Assembly (NCBI GenBank): GCA_039586365.1
Contig: JBDHKN010000094.1
Location: forward strand, 1-17,155
Direction of reading: 5' to 3'
Origin: Gemmatimonadota bacterium
GTDB taxonomy: Bacteria > Gemmatimonadota > Gemmatimonadetes > Gemmatimonadales > GWC2-71-9
DNA length: 17,155 nt
The notes beneath the pieces are model-generated. The model was not told the origin of the DNA. It did not search any database and saw nothing but the letters and a program-made list of their open reading frames with translations. Within the stretch, counting starts at the first letter, position 1. Each line of letters begins with the position of its first letter. The translations under genes and the position numbers were made by a program. Shown piece by piece: positions 6,603 to 15,444 of this stretch.

Positions 6603-9112
6603 ACCGCGGCTCCTATGCCGTTACGTTGGAAGAACTCCTGAGCGGCGCTCCGAACCTCTCGCCAACTTCCGATCACTCGGGTTGCCGGCGGCAAGGATGC
6701 CAGCAGCATGCCACCGTAGTTGCGCCTATTCACTCGCGGATCCATCAGCAGGACGACGCCGACATCCGCGGTCGACCGGATCAGCCGTCCGAAGCCTTGT
6801 TTCAACTTCAGGGCAGCGTGCGGCAGCAGATAGTGTCTGAACCCGTCCAGCCCCTGGGCCGCTAGGGCTTCCAATCGCGCCGCTGTCAGCGGCTCACTTG
6901 GCACCTTGAACGGCAGCTTGGCCAGCATCAAGGCCCGTAGCGAGCGTCCAGGTACATCTACACCTTCCCAGAAGCTATCGGTCCCAAACAGTATGGCCGA
7001 GCCGTTTTCCCGGAAGCGGCGCAGCAGATGGTCACGTTGACCTTCACCCTGGACCAGCAGAGGCCACCTGGCACCCAGAGTTGTGCGTACCGCCGACGCC
7101 ACCCTCCGCAACGCTCCATAACTCGTGAACAACACGAACATGCCGCCGTCCGAGGCCTGAGCGATCTCGATCACTGCGTCCACCACCGCACGGTCGTGAC
7201 CCACCTCATCGCTGCGCGGATCCGGGAGATCCACCGGGACGCAGAACAGGCATTGCTCTCGGAAGTCAAAGGGCGAGGGCAACGACTCCTCGTCTCTCAC
7301 GCGTGTGGGTGGCAATTCGAGTCCGAGCCGTTCTTTCAAGAAACCGAAATCCCCGCCGGTCGCGATAGTCGCACTGGTCAACACCACCGTATCGACGCGG
7401 TCGAACAGAGTCTCCTTGAGAACGGGAGCGAGGTCGAGAGGTACGGCGGCGAGCGCCAGCGGGAACGGCAGGGTCCCGGTCGGTTTGTTGCCCCGCCGTT
7501 CAATCCAGCGCACCAATTGTACGTCGGACTGCGGCCGCAGGGCCAGCAAGATTCCGTCAGCCGCCGACCGAAATCGCCGCACGACACCGCGCAGCTCCTG
7601 CACCAGCTGCGACCTACGATCCGGGTCCTCCTCCAGTTCCATTCGGTCGGCAACGGCTTCGACGCCTTCACCCAGTTTGGTAAACACGCCCACCATGTTG
7701 TCGACGGCCACACCCAAGCCGGCATCCCATGTGGGATCCGCCCCAAACGTTTCGTCGAGCCGAAACACATCCCCACCGTTTGCGCTTAGCGTCTGGCACA
7801 GCAACGAGAACACGCGGTCGGCATAGGCTCGCGCATCCCCCACCTCCGGGAGGAGCGCTCTGCTCAGTAGATCGACCGACGCTCTACTTGCCTGGTCGTC
7901 CCGGCTGCGCAGCTCCGCGATTAGGGTCGGAATCAAACCGCGCCCGTTGCGCTCGAGCCTTCCCAACAGCCGGGTCACGCCGCGTGAGGTTACGCTCACG
8001 CCGAGGTGCTGGGCTGCCACATCCTCCAGGTGATGGGCCTCGTCGAGGATCAACCGTTTGTAGTGGGGCAGTACAGCGCTCTCCTGCCAGTTCCCCTGCG
8101 CCCGCCTGACGGCGAGATCGGCAGTGAGCAGGTGATGGTTGGCCACGACCACATCTGCATCGTTCGCCTGGCGCCGAGCTTCGAATACGAAACAGCGGTC
8201 GAAATGGGGACATTCCAATCGCGTGCACAGATCGGCCTCCGCACGCACTTCATCCCAGACTTCTTCGGACGGCTGGTCGGTGAGATCCGCCAGGGAGCCA
8301 TCCGTGGTGTGGGCCGCCCACGCTGCCAGCGCATCGAGTTCATGCTGTCTCTCGGGCTCGAGCAGGGAAGCCTGTCCACCCTTTGCGGTCTGCAGCCGCG
8401 CAATGCACACGTAGTTGGACCAACCCTTGAGCAGGGCAAACGTGGGCGTGTATTCCTCACGCTGCAGAACGCGCGCCAGAAACGGCAGGTCCTTGCCGAC
8501 CAGTTGTTCCTGCAGGTTGATCGTGTTGGTGGATACCACGGTGCGCTCACCGTTCTCACGGGCCCACTCCAGCGCGGGCACCAGATAGGCGAACGATTTG
8601 CCCACACCGGTTCCGGCTTCCAGCAGGGACACACCACCCTCGTTGTACACGTCCGCCACATACGCAGCCATGTCCCGCTGGCTGGGACGATCCTCAAAGC
8701 GACCCATTGCTCGCGCTATGGGACCGGTAACCCCGAGGAGATCCGCGGTGTCCACCGGATCGATCGATTGATACGCCTTCGGCCGGGGCACCTCGACGAC
8801 CACGTACAGTGAAGACGCATCGTTGTTGATGATGCCGAAGCCGATACCGGCTTCGTACAGCCGTGCGGCGACGTTGAGATCGGCTTGGGACGGTTCCAGC
8901 ACACCGCTCGGATGGTTGTGTAGCGCCATTTCGCCGCGCAGGGCGACCCCAGGCAGCGCCAGCACGGCCTCAGCCGTCCCTCGGGCAACAGGACGTACGG
9001 CGGTTAGCACCCCTTGGTCGTCGAGTTCGGCGACGAAGGAAACCTCCCGGCCGCCGGCAGCGCTGATCTCCTGCGCCAGGCGGGACCGGACGGCTGCGGA
9101 CAGTGTGGTCAC
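6599..9112 (-). CDS. dinG: DinG/XPD-family ATP-dependent Fe-S DNA helicase with N-terminal JAB (RadC-like) domain (837 aa)
   Basis: Q motif FEDRPSQ, Walker A EAGTGVGKS, STNTINLQEQL, four Fe-S-type cysteines (NYVC; C-TRLE-C-PHFDR-C), ILDEAHH, LTSAT, SFWEGVDVPG, KLPF and KQGFGRLIRS. N-terminal E...HNHPSGVLEPSQAD. Start placed at GTG 9112, which forms a GTGA overlap with the upstream stop, not at ORF-track 9265. Confidence 0.92.
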   Translation of the reverse strand: MTTLSAAVRSRLAQEISAAGGREVSFVAELDDQGVLTAVRPVARGTAEAVLALPGVALRGEMALHNHPSGVLEPSQADLNVAARLYEAGIGFGIINNDASSLYVVVEVPRPKAYQSIDPVDTADLLGVTGPIARAMGRFEDRPSQRDMAAYVADVYNEGGVSLLEAGTGVGKSFAYLVPALEWARENGERTVVSTNTINLQEQLVGKDLPFLARVLQREEYTPTFALLKGWSNYVCIARLQTAKGGQASLLEPERQHELDALAAWAAHTTDGSLADLTDQPSEEVWDEVRAEADLCTRLECPHFDRCFVFEARRQANDADVVVANHHLLTADLAVRRAQGNWQESAVLPHYKRLILDEAHHLEDVAAQHLGVSVTSRGVTRLLGRLERNGRGLIPTLIAELRSRDDQASRASVDLLSRALLPEVGDARAYADRVFSLLCQTLSANGGDVFRLDETFGADPTWDAGLGVAVDNMVGVFTKLGEGVEAVADRMELEEDPDRRSQLVQELRGVVRRFRSAADGILLALRPQSDVQLVRWIERRGNKPTGTLPFPLALAAVPLDLAPVLKETLFDRVDTVVLTSATIATGGDFGFLKERLGLELPPTRVRDEESLPSPFDFREQCLFCVPVDLPDPRSDEVGHDRAVVDAVIEIAQASDGGMFVLFTSYGALRRVASAVRTTLGARWPLLVQGEGQRDHLLRRFRENGSAILFGTDSFWEGVDVPGRSLRALMLAKLPFKVPSEPLTAARLEALAAQGLDGFRHYLLPHAALKLKQGFGRLIRSTADVGVVLLMDPRVNRRNYGGMLLASLPPATRVIGSWREVRSAAQEFFQRNGIGAAV

Positions 9113-10449
9113 GTCTTGAGTTCGCTCTTCTTCGCCGCAGGGAAGAGCACGTTGTTGAGAATGAGACGGTATCCCGGCGAGTTGGGATGGAGCGAGAGAT
9201 CGGTCGGTGGGTCGCCGATCTGATGCTGGGGATCCTCGGGGTCGTGTCCGCCAAAGAAAGTCCAAGTGCCCTTGCCGAAATCACCGTGGATGTATTTCAC
9301 CCAGGGTGCGCCCCGCTCCTCCCCGAGTACTGTGACTCCCGGTTTCAGAGTCGCGCGACTGAAGCTGGTGGTGAGTCCGTAGAAATCAGGGATCACCTGG
9401 CGATGGGATTGCACGAGCATCGTCGCCACCGGATCGATCTTGGCGCTGAAGTTGAACAGTTGGAACGCGCCCAACGGCTGACGCCGCCCCGGGTTGTTGA
9501 CCTGGTGGCCGTCGATATTCGAGAAGCTGGCAATCGCGGCGGCCCGCTCGAGCTGAGCGTCACGGAATGCAAAGGTCCCGCTCCAATCGAGCAGTTTCGA
9601 CGCGTTGGGATCCGCCGGCGTTCCGTCACTGTATTGGGCAGCCACGTCAACACCGCCAGCTGCAAGCGCGATCTCGAGGGTCTCCGTCGCCGCACACATC
9701 GCGAACATGAACCCGCCGTCGCTCACAAACTGCCTGATACCATGCGCTACCGCCTTCTTGAGATCCGGCACCGACGTGAAGCCGAGGGTGCGAGCCATCT
9801 GAGCGTTGTCGCGCACGATCCTGGTCAACCAGGCTGTCCCGCTGTAGGTGAGATAGAACTTGGAGAACTGCCCGGTGAAATCCTCGTGGTGCAGATGCAA
9901 CCACTCATAGTCCCCCAGCCTTCCAGCGATTACCTCGGGGTCCCACACCCTGTCGTACTTGATCCCCGCATACTGCAGGACCATGGTGACAGCGTCATCC
10001 CAGGGCGCCGCGGTGGGCGGAACGTAGACCGCAATCTTGGGAGCCTTCTCCAACGGCACGCTGTCCATGTTGTTGGCTTGGATCACGCCGCGCACATCCA
10101 CCGCGTCGCTTCCCGTCAACGACTCTACAGTGACTCCGGCCAACGCCGCATCCCGCTGGGTCGCTGAATCGTGGGGCATGAGAAAGCTGCCGGCTCGATA
10201 GTTCAGCAACCACTCGGCTTCCCCTCCCCGCTCTAGCGCCCGATAAGTGACGCCATACGCCTTGAGGTGATCGGATTGGCTGTCATCCATGGGGACGAGA
10301 AGAGCGGCGGATTGGCGGCCAACCGGGCGGTGAAGCGACGGGGCAGTCGGCACCTCGGAGAGGAGCCGGTTATCACGGCCTTGGCGCTCGTCCACCCTTC
10401 CGACCATTGCAGCCGCCATAGCTGTCTTGAGGAATTCCCGTCTCCTCAC
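9109..10449 (-). CDS. Conserved exported protein with predicted class I glutamine amidotransferase-like fold (family often labelled 'asparagine synthetase B' in FCB genomes)
   Basis: Motifs LLVPMD, HLKAYG, WLLNYRAGSF, PWDDAV, WLHLHHEDFTGQ, GGFMFAMCAAT, GTWTFFGGHDPED and HPNSPGYRLILNNVLFPAA. Twin-arginine RRREFLK at the N-terminus. GTG start overlaps the TPR gene stop (GTGA 10446-10449). Confidence 0.8.
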   Translation of the reverse strand: MRRREFLKTAMAAAMVGRVDERQGRDNRLLSEVPTAPSLHRPVGRQSAALLVPMDDSQSDHLKAYGVTYRALERGGEAEWLLNYRAGSFLMPHDSATQRDAALAGVTVESLTGSDAVDVRGVIQANNMDSVPLEKAPKIAVYVPPTAAPWDDAVTMVLQYAGIKYDRVWDPEVIAGRLGDYEWLHLHHEDFTGQFSKFYLTYSGTAWLTRIVRDNAQMARTLGFTSVPDLKKAVAHGIRQFVSDGGFMFAMCAATETLEIALAAGGVDVAAQYSDGTPADPNASKLLDWSGTFAFRDAQLERAAAIASFSNIDGHQVNNPGRRQPLGAFQLFNFSAKIDPVATMLVQSHRQVIPDFYGLTTSFSRATLKPGVTVLGEERGAPWVKYIHGDFGKGTWTFFGGHDPEDPQHQIGDPPTDLSLHPNSPGYRLILNNVLFPAAKKSELKT

Positions 10450-12173
10450 GATTGTGGAATCGCCCCCTGCAGTTGGTTCAGCATCCGCCGCGCCTCGGGC
10501 ACGACGGCGCTTGCAGTGTGAGAGAGGATCAGGTGCTCCAGACGTCTGACGGCGAGATCCGTGCGATCGGTCTCCGCCAGCACCACAGCGAGGGCATACT
10601 CGGCGACGGGCGCTGCAGGTCCCAGCGAGTCGGCAGCTAGCGCTTCGCCCAGCAGTCGTTCGGCACGACCGTAGTCGTGAGCCGCCCGCGCCAAGTCGCC
10701 GGCCAAAGCCAGTAGATCGGCTTGCCCTCCATCTGCTGGCAGTCCGCGGGCAGTTTCACTGAGACTCGCCACAGCACGCGCCGTGTCGCCCTTCACCAGC
10801 CAAAGCAGAGCCGCGCCCAGGTCCGGGGCCGAGTCCGACCGGATGCGTTGCAGCAGCGCGATCATGGAGGTCCTGCGGGTCGCCTCTTCGCGCGACAGCG
10901 CAAAGGGGCCCGCAGCGCGGAACAGCTCCGTGGCCGCCGCCAGGTCACCCTGATAGAGACGCACCCAGCCGAGCACCGCCTGGGTTCCTATGCTGGAATC
11001 GCCCTCGAGTAGCGCCGCTGCCCGGTTCAGTTCACCGCGCTCAATCAACCCCCAGCCGAGCCTACGGCGGAGCCGCTCACTGTCCTCGGCGCGCAGTTGG
11101 CTCTGCCACTCGTTGAATCGCCGCTCGGCCTCATCGAGCCGGCCCGATTCGATAGTCACGAGTATCAGGGTAGCCATAGCGGCGGCAGCGTCCGCTGGGG
11201 TCTCTGCCGGCGATTGTGCCAGCCGATCGAGCGTCCGCCGTGCTTCACTGAATTCACCTGCCTCGGCGAACGCCTGGGCCGCCTCGAGCAGGGCTTGCTC
11301 GGCGTCGGCACCCACGGCAAGACCCGCCAGTCGCTCCAGGGCGTAGCCGCGAGCGCGGGCTGCCTCCGGAGTGCCCCCTCGCCGAGCGCGTTCCACGAAA
11401 CGGCTGACTGCCGCTGCCGCACGCACCCGATCCCCCGGCAGCGAATTGTCCAGCAGGGCCCAACCTTGGAGCGCACGATCCCACACGACCAGCAGCTCCG
11501 CAGCTACTTGGTGCCCTGCCAGATCTGTGGCCGGACCAGCCACGAGGTCCACTACCTGGTCCCGCGTCCTTGCGGGGGTATCCCGCAGGGCGGCCACGGC
11601 AGACAGGGTGTGTGAGTTGTCCGCCGCGACTGCGGCGACCCACTCCAGTGCCGCAGCAGTCCAGTTGCCCACCGCCGCGTACTGCCGGGCCAACTCGGGA
11701 GCCAGCGCTGCCGGCCCGAGACGCGCGCGTCCCTCCAGCAAGATATCTATTGCCCGCCTGGTATCACCCGTGCCCGCCACCGCGAGCGCCCACTGTCGAA
11801 ATGGGCTGGCGCTCTCCGGGGCCACCTCCATCCACTGCCGCGCTGCAGCGGCAACGCGGCTATCATCCCCCAGCGACGACCACACGCGCAGCTGCATTTC
11901 GCGCACGAAATGGTGGTCGGGCGCCACAGCCAGGGTAGAGTCGATCAGAGGGATGAGGGATTGCAGCCGCTGCAGTCGACCCAGCACACGCTCGAGCCCC
12001 AACCAGGCGGCGACTGCAGTCCGATCTGCCCCCAGCTCAGCTCGATAGGCCTTAACCGCCTCTTCGTAGCGGCCGCGCCGTTCCAACTCCAGTCCCTCCA
12101 CGCGCTGGGCCAACAGCGAGAGCGGCCCGAAGACCGCGAGGAACAGCAGAACGGCGGCGCTACGGGCGCCCAC
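10446..12173 (-). CDS. Exported tetratricopeptide-repeat (TPR) protein
   Basis: 575 aa with a signal peptide (AAVLLFLAVFGPLSLLA-Q), many Ala/Leu-rich helix pairs (GRYEEAVKAY, GEFSEARRTL, GRLDEAERRF, GDTARAVASL) and a TPR-cap ending LILSHTASAVVPEARRML. The GTG start overlaps the upstream gene by 14 nt. Confidence 0.85.
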   Translation of the reverse strand: MGARSAAVLLFLAVFGPLSLLAQRVEGLELERRGRYEEAVKAYRAELGADRTAVAAWLGLERVLGRLQRLQSLIPLIDSTLAVAPDHHFVREMQLRVWSSLGDDSRVAAAARQWMEVAPESASPFRQWALAVAGTGDTRRAIDILLEGRARLGPAALAPELARQYAAVGNWTAAALEWVAAVAADNSHTLSAVAALRDTPARTRDQVVDLVAGPATDLAGHQVAAELLVVWDRALQGWALLDNSLPGDRVRAAAAVSRFVERARRGGTPEAARARGYALERLAGLAVGADAEQALLEAAQAFAEAGEFSEARRTLDRLAQSPAETPADAAAAMATLILVTIESGRLDEAERRFNEWQSQLRAEDSERLRRRLGWGLIERGELNRAAALLEGDSSIGTQAVLGWVRLYQGDLAAATELFRAAGPFALSREEATRRTSMIALLQRIRSDSAPDLGAALLWLVKGDTARAVASLSETARGLPADGGQADLLALAGDLARAAHDYGRAERLLGEALAADSLGPAAPVAEYALAVVLAETDRTDLAVRRLEHLILSHTASAVVPEARRMLNQLQGAIPQS

Positions 12174-15100
12174 CGTTTAGTCGCCTGAAGTAGTCGAGAA
12201 TCAGCCGGCGCTCCTCCGGTGGAAGAGAGCGCAGTTCCTGCCACGTCGGGTAGCGGAAGCGGGGTCCACCCTGGGGCGGCTGTACCCCACTCGGCGGCAA
12301 CTGCACGTTCAGTGGATCGGCCGTACGGCTCGTCCTCTCCTCTGTCTCATCTTCATCGCTGCTGAGCGTCCGCCCCGCATCGAGCAAGCGGCGGAACAGC
12401 TGTTCCTGCCGCTCGATCGTCTCTGGGTCCAGTCTGGCCGCTGCCAGCTCCTCAGCGATCTCACGCGCTTCCTCGGCCAATTCTCCGGCACCACCGACCT
12501 CACCCCCAGCCTCGAGGCGATCCAACTCGTTGGCCAACGCACGCTGTTGCTGGGCCAGGGCCTGCAGCTCCTGCAGCATCTCCTGGCCGGCCAGGGGCAT
12601 GAGTGAGAGCATGCCGCTGGCCGCATTGTTCATCTCTCCCTGCTGCTCGGCGAGCTGCGCCAGCTGCTCCATGGCTTCCATCAGGCCCGACCCTGACTCC
12701 GCTCCGGCAACCTCGGAACGGCTCCTGAGCAATGCATAGGCAACTGCGTTCAGGCCGTCCAGAGCCTCTCCCGCCAACTCCGCTGCCTGCCGGGTGTTGG
12801 GATTCCCGCGCTGTAACTGGTCCAGAGCCTGCGACATCTGTAACCGAGAGAACCCCAACGCGGCACCGGTCTGGGGCGATACCAGGGCGTTCTTTCCTGC
12901 TGCATCCTGCAGCCGGTTCACCACCTGGTCCACTCCGGCACGCGCCGCCGCCTGCGCCGAGCGAACATCGGGACCCGACTCACCGCTATTCAGGCGCTGC
13001 ATCACCTCCTGCTGTTGCTGGGCCAGCCGGGCTGTCTCAACCAGGGCCCGATCCATCGCCTCGAGGACCTCGCCGCGCCAGCCTTCTCTCATCGCTTCAC
13101 GCTGGCGTTCCAAGTCGGCGGCCAGCGGCTGCAGTGAACGACTGGCCGACTCGCCTGACTGCTGCGCCTGGTTGCGCTCCCCTCGTTGGGCTTCGGATGC
13201 CGCCTGCTGCATGTCGCCCGCAGCCTGGGCCGCGCTCGCCGCTGCTTGCTTCATGCCCTCCGGATCCGATCCCGACTCGGCGATTCTCTCCGCCAGTTCG
13301 TCCAGCTGGGCGGCCAGCGAGTCAGTTCGCTGGGCCAGCTCCGTCTCCTCGGCGGCAAGGCTGCTGTCCGCCGCTTCTCCGGTGACCGCGTCGTTCCACT
13401 CCTCTTGCCGGGCAGACAGTTCCTCGGCTGTCGCCGCTGAGGCGGTCAGCTCGCCCTCTATGGCGGCGCGTTCGAACAACTCGCGGCTGCGCTCCAGTTG
13501 GTCCCGCAGCTGGTTGGCCGACTCGGCAAGCTTACTCAGCGCCTCGCGCACCGCGTCCGCATCCAGCCGTTCCACCGCGTCCCGCAGCTCCTGCAGCCGG
13601 TCACGGAGTTCTTCACTCAAAGCCTCATCGAGCAACTCCTGGATGTCCCTCAGTTGCCGCTGAAACTCCGGATCGGTGATGCCAGCGGACCAAGCTGCCT
13701 CGGACAGTTCACGGAGTTCCCGCCTGAGTTCATCAGCCAGTTCGAGCGCTCGGGCCTGTCGGTCAGACAGCTGCTGAACTTGCTCCGCGGACTCAAAGGG
13801 AAGATCCCGCTCGGCACCCAGGTCTGTCGCCGGATCCCCTGCAGCCTCACGCTGCCGTTCGGCCGCCAAATCCTCTAGTTCCCGCGCTAGTTGCTGCTGC
13901 AGCTCCAACAACGAGTCTGCTCCTTCCGCCACAGCGCGAGACCGATCGCGCATGGCTTCCCGCAACTCGGCGATGGTGGGGAGCCACAGGACCACTTCTC
14001 TACTTTCACCAATCTGAGGGGTTGGCGCGTTGTCATACGCGCGCACCCTGAAGTGGGCAGTATCCCCCGGGAGCAGTCCGCGTCCATTGAGGTCCAAGAG
14101 CCATTGCAGCACGACCCTGTCCGCCGGTCCCCCCAACAAGGGCACGTCCTCCGAAATCGGTTCGGCTGCGACGCCATTGCGGTTGACCCGCCAGCTGGTG
14201 ACCTCCACCCTGGCGATGGAGTAGTCATCCTGAGCGTCGATAACAACGGCTTGACGGAGACTCAGGGGTGCCGCTGCGTCGGTGGCTGGGATTGGCACTG
14301 CTACCACCGGAGCGCTGTCAGCCACCGCGACAACGCTCAGCTCCGGTGCATCGTCGTCGAGGCCACCCCCGTCAGCGGCCGTCGCCTCGAGGCGCCAGGT
14401 CTCACTACCCCGCACCACCAGGGTCCCGGCGAAGAAGTCACCGTCCGTGGCAAGCGTCACCGCCCGATCACCCGCCCGCCACTCAGCAGCCCGCAAGGGA
14501 ATAGTCGCGCGACCTCGAGTGTGGATCTGGGTGCCCACAGGGAGCAAGACCGGCTCCTGGCCCACCGCTAGGGGCTCGTCGGCCCTGCCCAAGTAGGCGG
14601 GAAAAGCCGCTCTGAGTTGCAGTTCGGTCAGCAGCGTTGGGACACGAACGCGAACGTGCACTGTATCCGACTCCCGGTCGCCGCTGACAGCCCGAAGGAA
14701 GCGATCGCTGTCCAACGGGCCCACCAGTACCCGGCTCGAGCCCGCCGAATCCAGCGCAACAGATTGGGCGGACCATGGTTCTCCAGGGACCCGGGACCAT
14801 AACGTCGCGCGATAGCGCCCGGGAGCTGTGATCAGAGCCACCACGGTATCGCCACGCCGCACCTCTGTGCGATCGACCGACAGCTCAACCGGCCCACGTG
14901 GGCCCACGACGGTCGCCACCGGATGCCAGAACTTCGATCCGCCCGGTGAAGTCGGGCCCACCAGAGTCAACATCGTGGCGCCGGCCAACAGCACACCCCC
15001 ACCGAGTCCGAGCGATTTGGCACTGCGGCGCCGCACACCGTTGAGTGCAGCGGATCCATGCCTGTCGAGCACCCGGAAGGCCCGCTCATCGGCTAGCTCG

Positions 15101-15444
15101 GCAAGAGCATGACTGCCGGATTCAGGAAGCTGCTCAGCGAACCCGGTGATCGATCCCTGTCTGAGCCCTCCCACCACCTCGATCTCGTGCGCCAGCCTCG
15201 CCGGTCGTATTACTCCCAATTGCTTTCTGCTCCATTGCACGCCCCAAACGACGACCCCGACCACGATTACCCATCCCAGCAACACGCTGAGCGGTACGCG
15301 ACCGTAGAGCCCCAGCCTGCCCGCGAAGACGCCGAGTCCAAGGACGCCCAGTACCAGGCCCAGGGTCAGGAAGGCACCCGATCCGGAAACCGGTAAAGCG
15401 AGTCCCGCCGCCCTGGATTCGAGCCAGCGCCCTGTCTTGGTCAT
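12160..15444 (-). CDS. DUF4175-like membrane-anchored protein with beta-sandwich region and long Q/E-rich coiled coil (1094 aa)
   Basis: Two N-terminal TM segments plus a third after RRRSAKS. Family-like motifs FPAYLGR, VADSAPVVAV, AQDDYSI and LLPGDTAHFRVRAYDN. Long heptad-rich region and C-terminal LPPEERRLILDYFRRL. Start placed at ATG 15444 (ATGA overlap with the DUF4159 stop), not 15543. Confidence 0.8.
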   Translation of the reverse strand: MTKTGRWLESRAAGLALPVSGSGAFLTLGLVLGVLGLGVFAGRLGLYGRVPLSVLLGWVIVVGVVVWGVQWSRKQLGVIRPARLAHEIEVVGGLRQGSITGFAEQLPESGSHALAELADERAFRVLDRHGSAALNGVRRRSAKSLGLGGGVLLAGATMLTLVGPTSPGGSKFWHPVATVVGPRGPVELSVDRTEVRRGDTVVALITAPGRYRATLWSRVPGEPWSAQSVALDSAGSSRVLVGPLDSDRFLRAVSGDRESDTVHVRVRVPTLLTELQLRAAFPAYLGRADEPLAVGQEPVLLPVGTQIHTRGRATIPLRAAEWRAGDRAVTLATDGDFFAGTLVVRGSETWRLEATAADGGGLDDDAPELSVVAVADSAPVVAVPIPATDAAAPLSLRQAVVIDAQDDYSIARVEVTSWRVNRNGVAAEPISEDVPLLGGPADRVVLQWLLDLNGRGLLPGDTAHFRVRAYDNAPTPQIGESREVVLWLPTIAELREAMRDRSRAVAEGADSLLELQQQLARELEDLAAERQREAAGDPATDLGAERDLPFESAEQVQQLSDRQARALELADELRRELRELSEAAWSAGITDPEFQRQLRDIQELLDEALSEELRDRLQELRDAVERLDADAVREALSKLAESANQLRDQLERSRELFERAAIEGELTASAATAEELSARQEEWNDAVTGEAADSSLAAEETELAQRTDSLAAQLDELAERIAESGSDPEGMKQAAASAAQAAGDMQQAASEAQRGERNQAQQSGESASRSLQPLAADLERQREAMREGWRGEVLEAMDRALVETARLAQQQQEVMQRLNSGESGPDVRSAQAAARAGVDQVVNRLQDAAGKNALVSPQTGAALGFSRLQMSQALDQLQRGNPNTRQAAELAGEALDGLNAVAYALLRSRSEVAGAESGSGLMEAMEQLAQLAEQQGEMNNAASGMLSLMPLAGQEMLQELQALAQQQRALANELDRLEAGGEVGGAGELAEEAREIAEELAAARLDPETIERQEQLFRRLLDAGRTLSSDEDETEERTSRTADPLNVQLPPSGVQPPQGGPRFRYPTWQELRSLPPEERRLILDYFRRLNGGRP

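Noticed and set aside
6599..9112. DinG as type IV CRISPR CasDinG or part of a defence island
   Set aside because: No csf/cas genes, array or mobile-element genes nearby; the gene is translationally coupled inside a housekeeping operon.
9103..10167. 354-aa plus-strand ORF, and similar long antisense ORFs (7028-7789, 8006-8812, 11371-12048, 12794-13663, 13891-14571)
   Set aside because: They lie antisense to well-supported genes, have no recognisable motifs and are expected shadows in GC-rich coding DNA.
12400..13900. Recurrent CAG/CTG-rich periodicity as a DNA repeat element
   Set aside because: Explained by Gln/Leu/Glu/Ala codons of the coiled-coil region; there are no discrete nucleotide repeat units.
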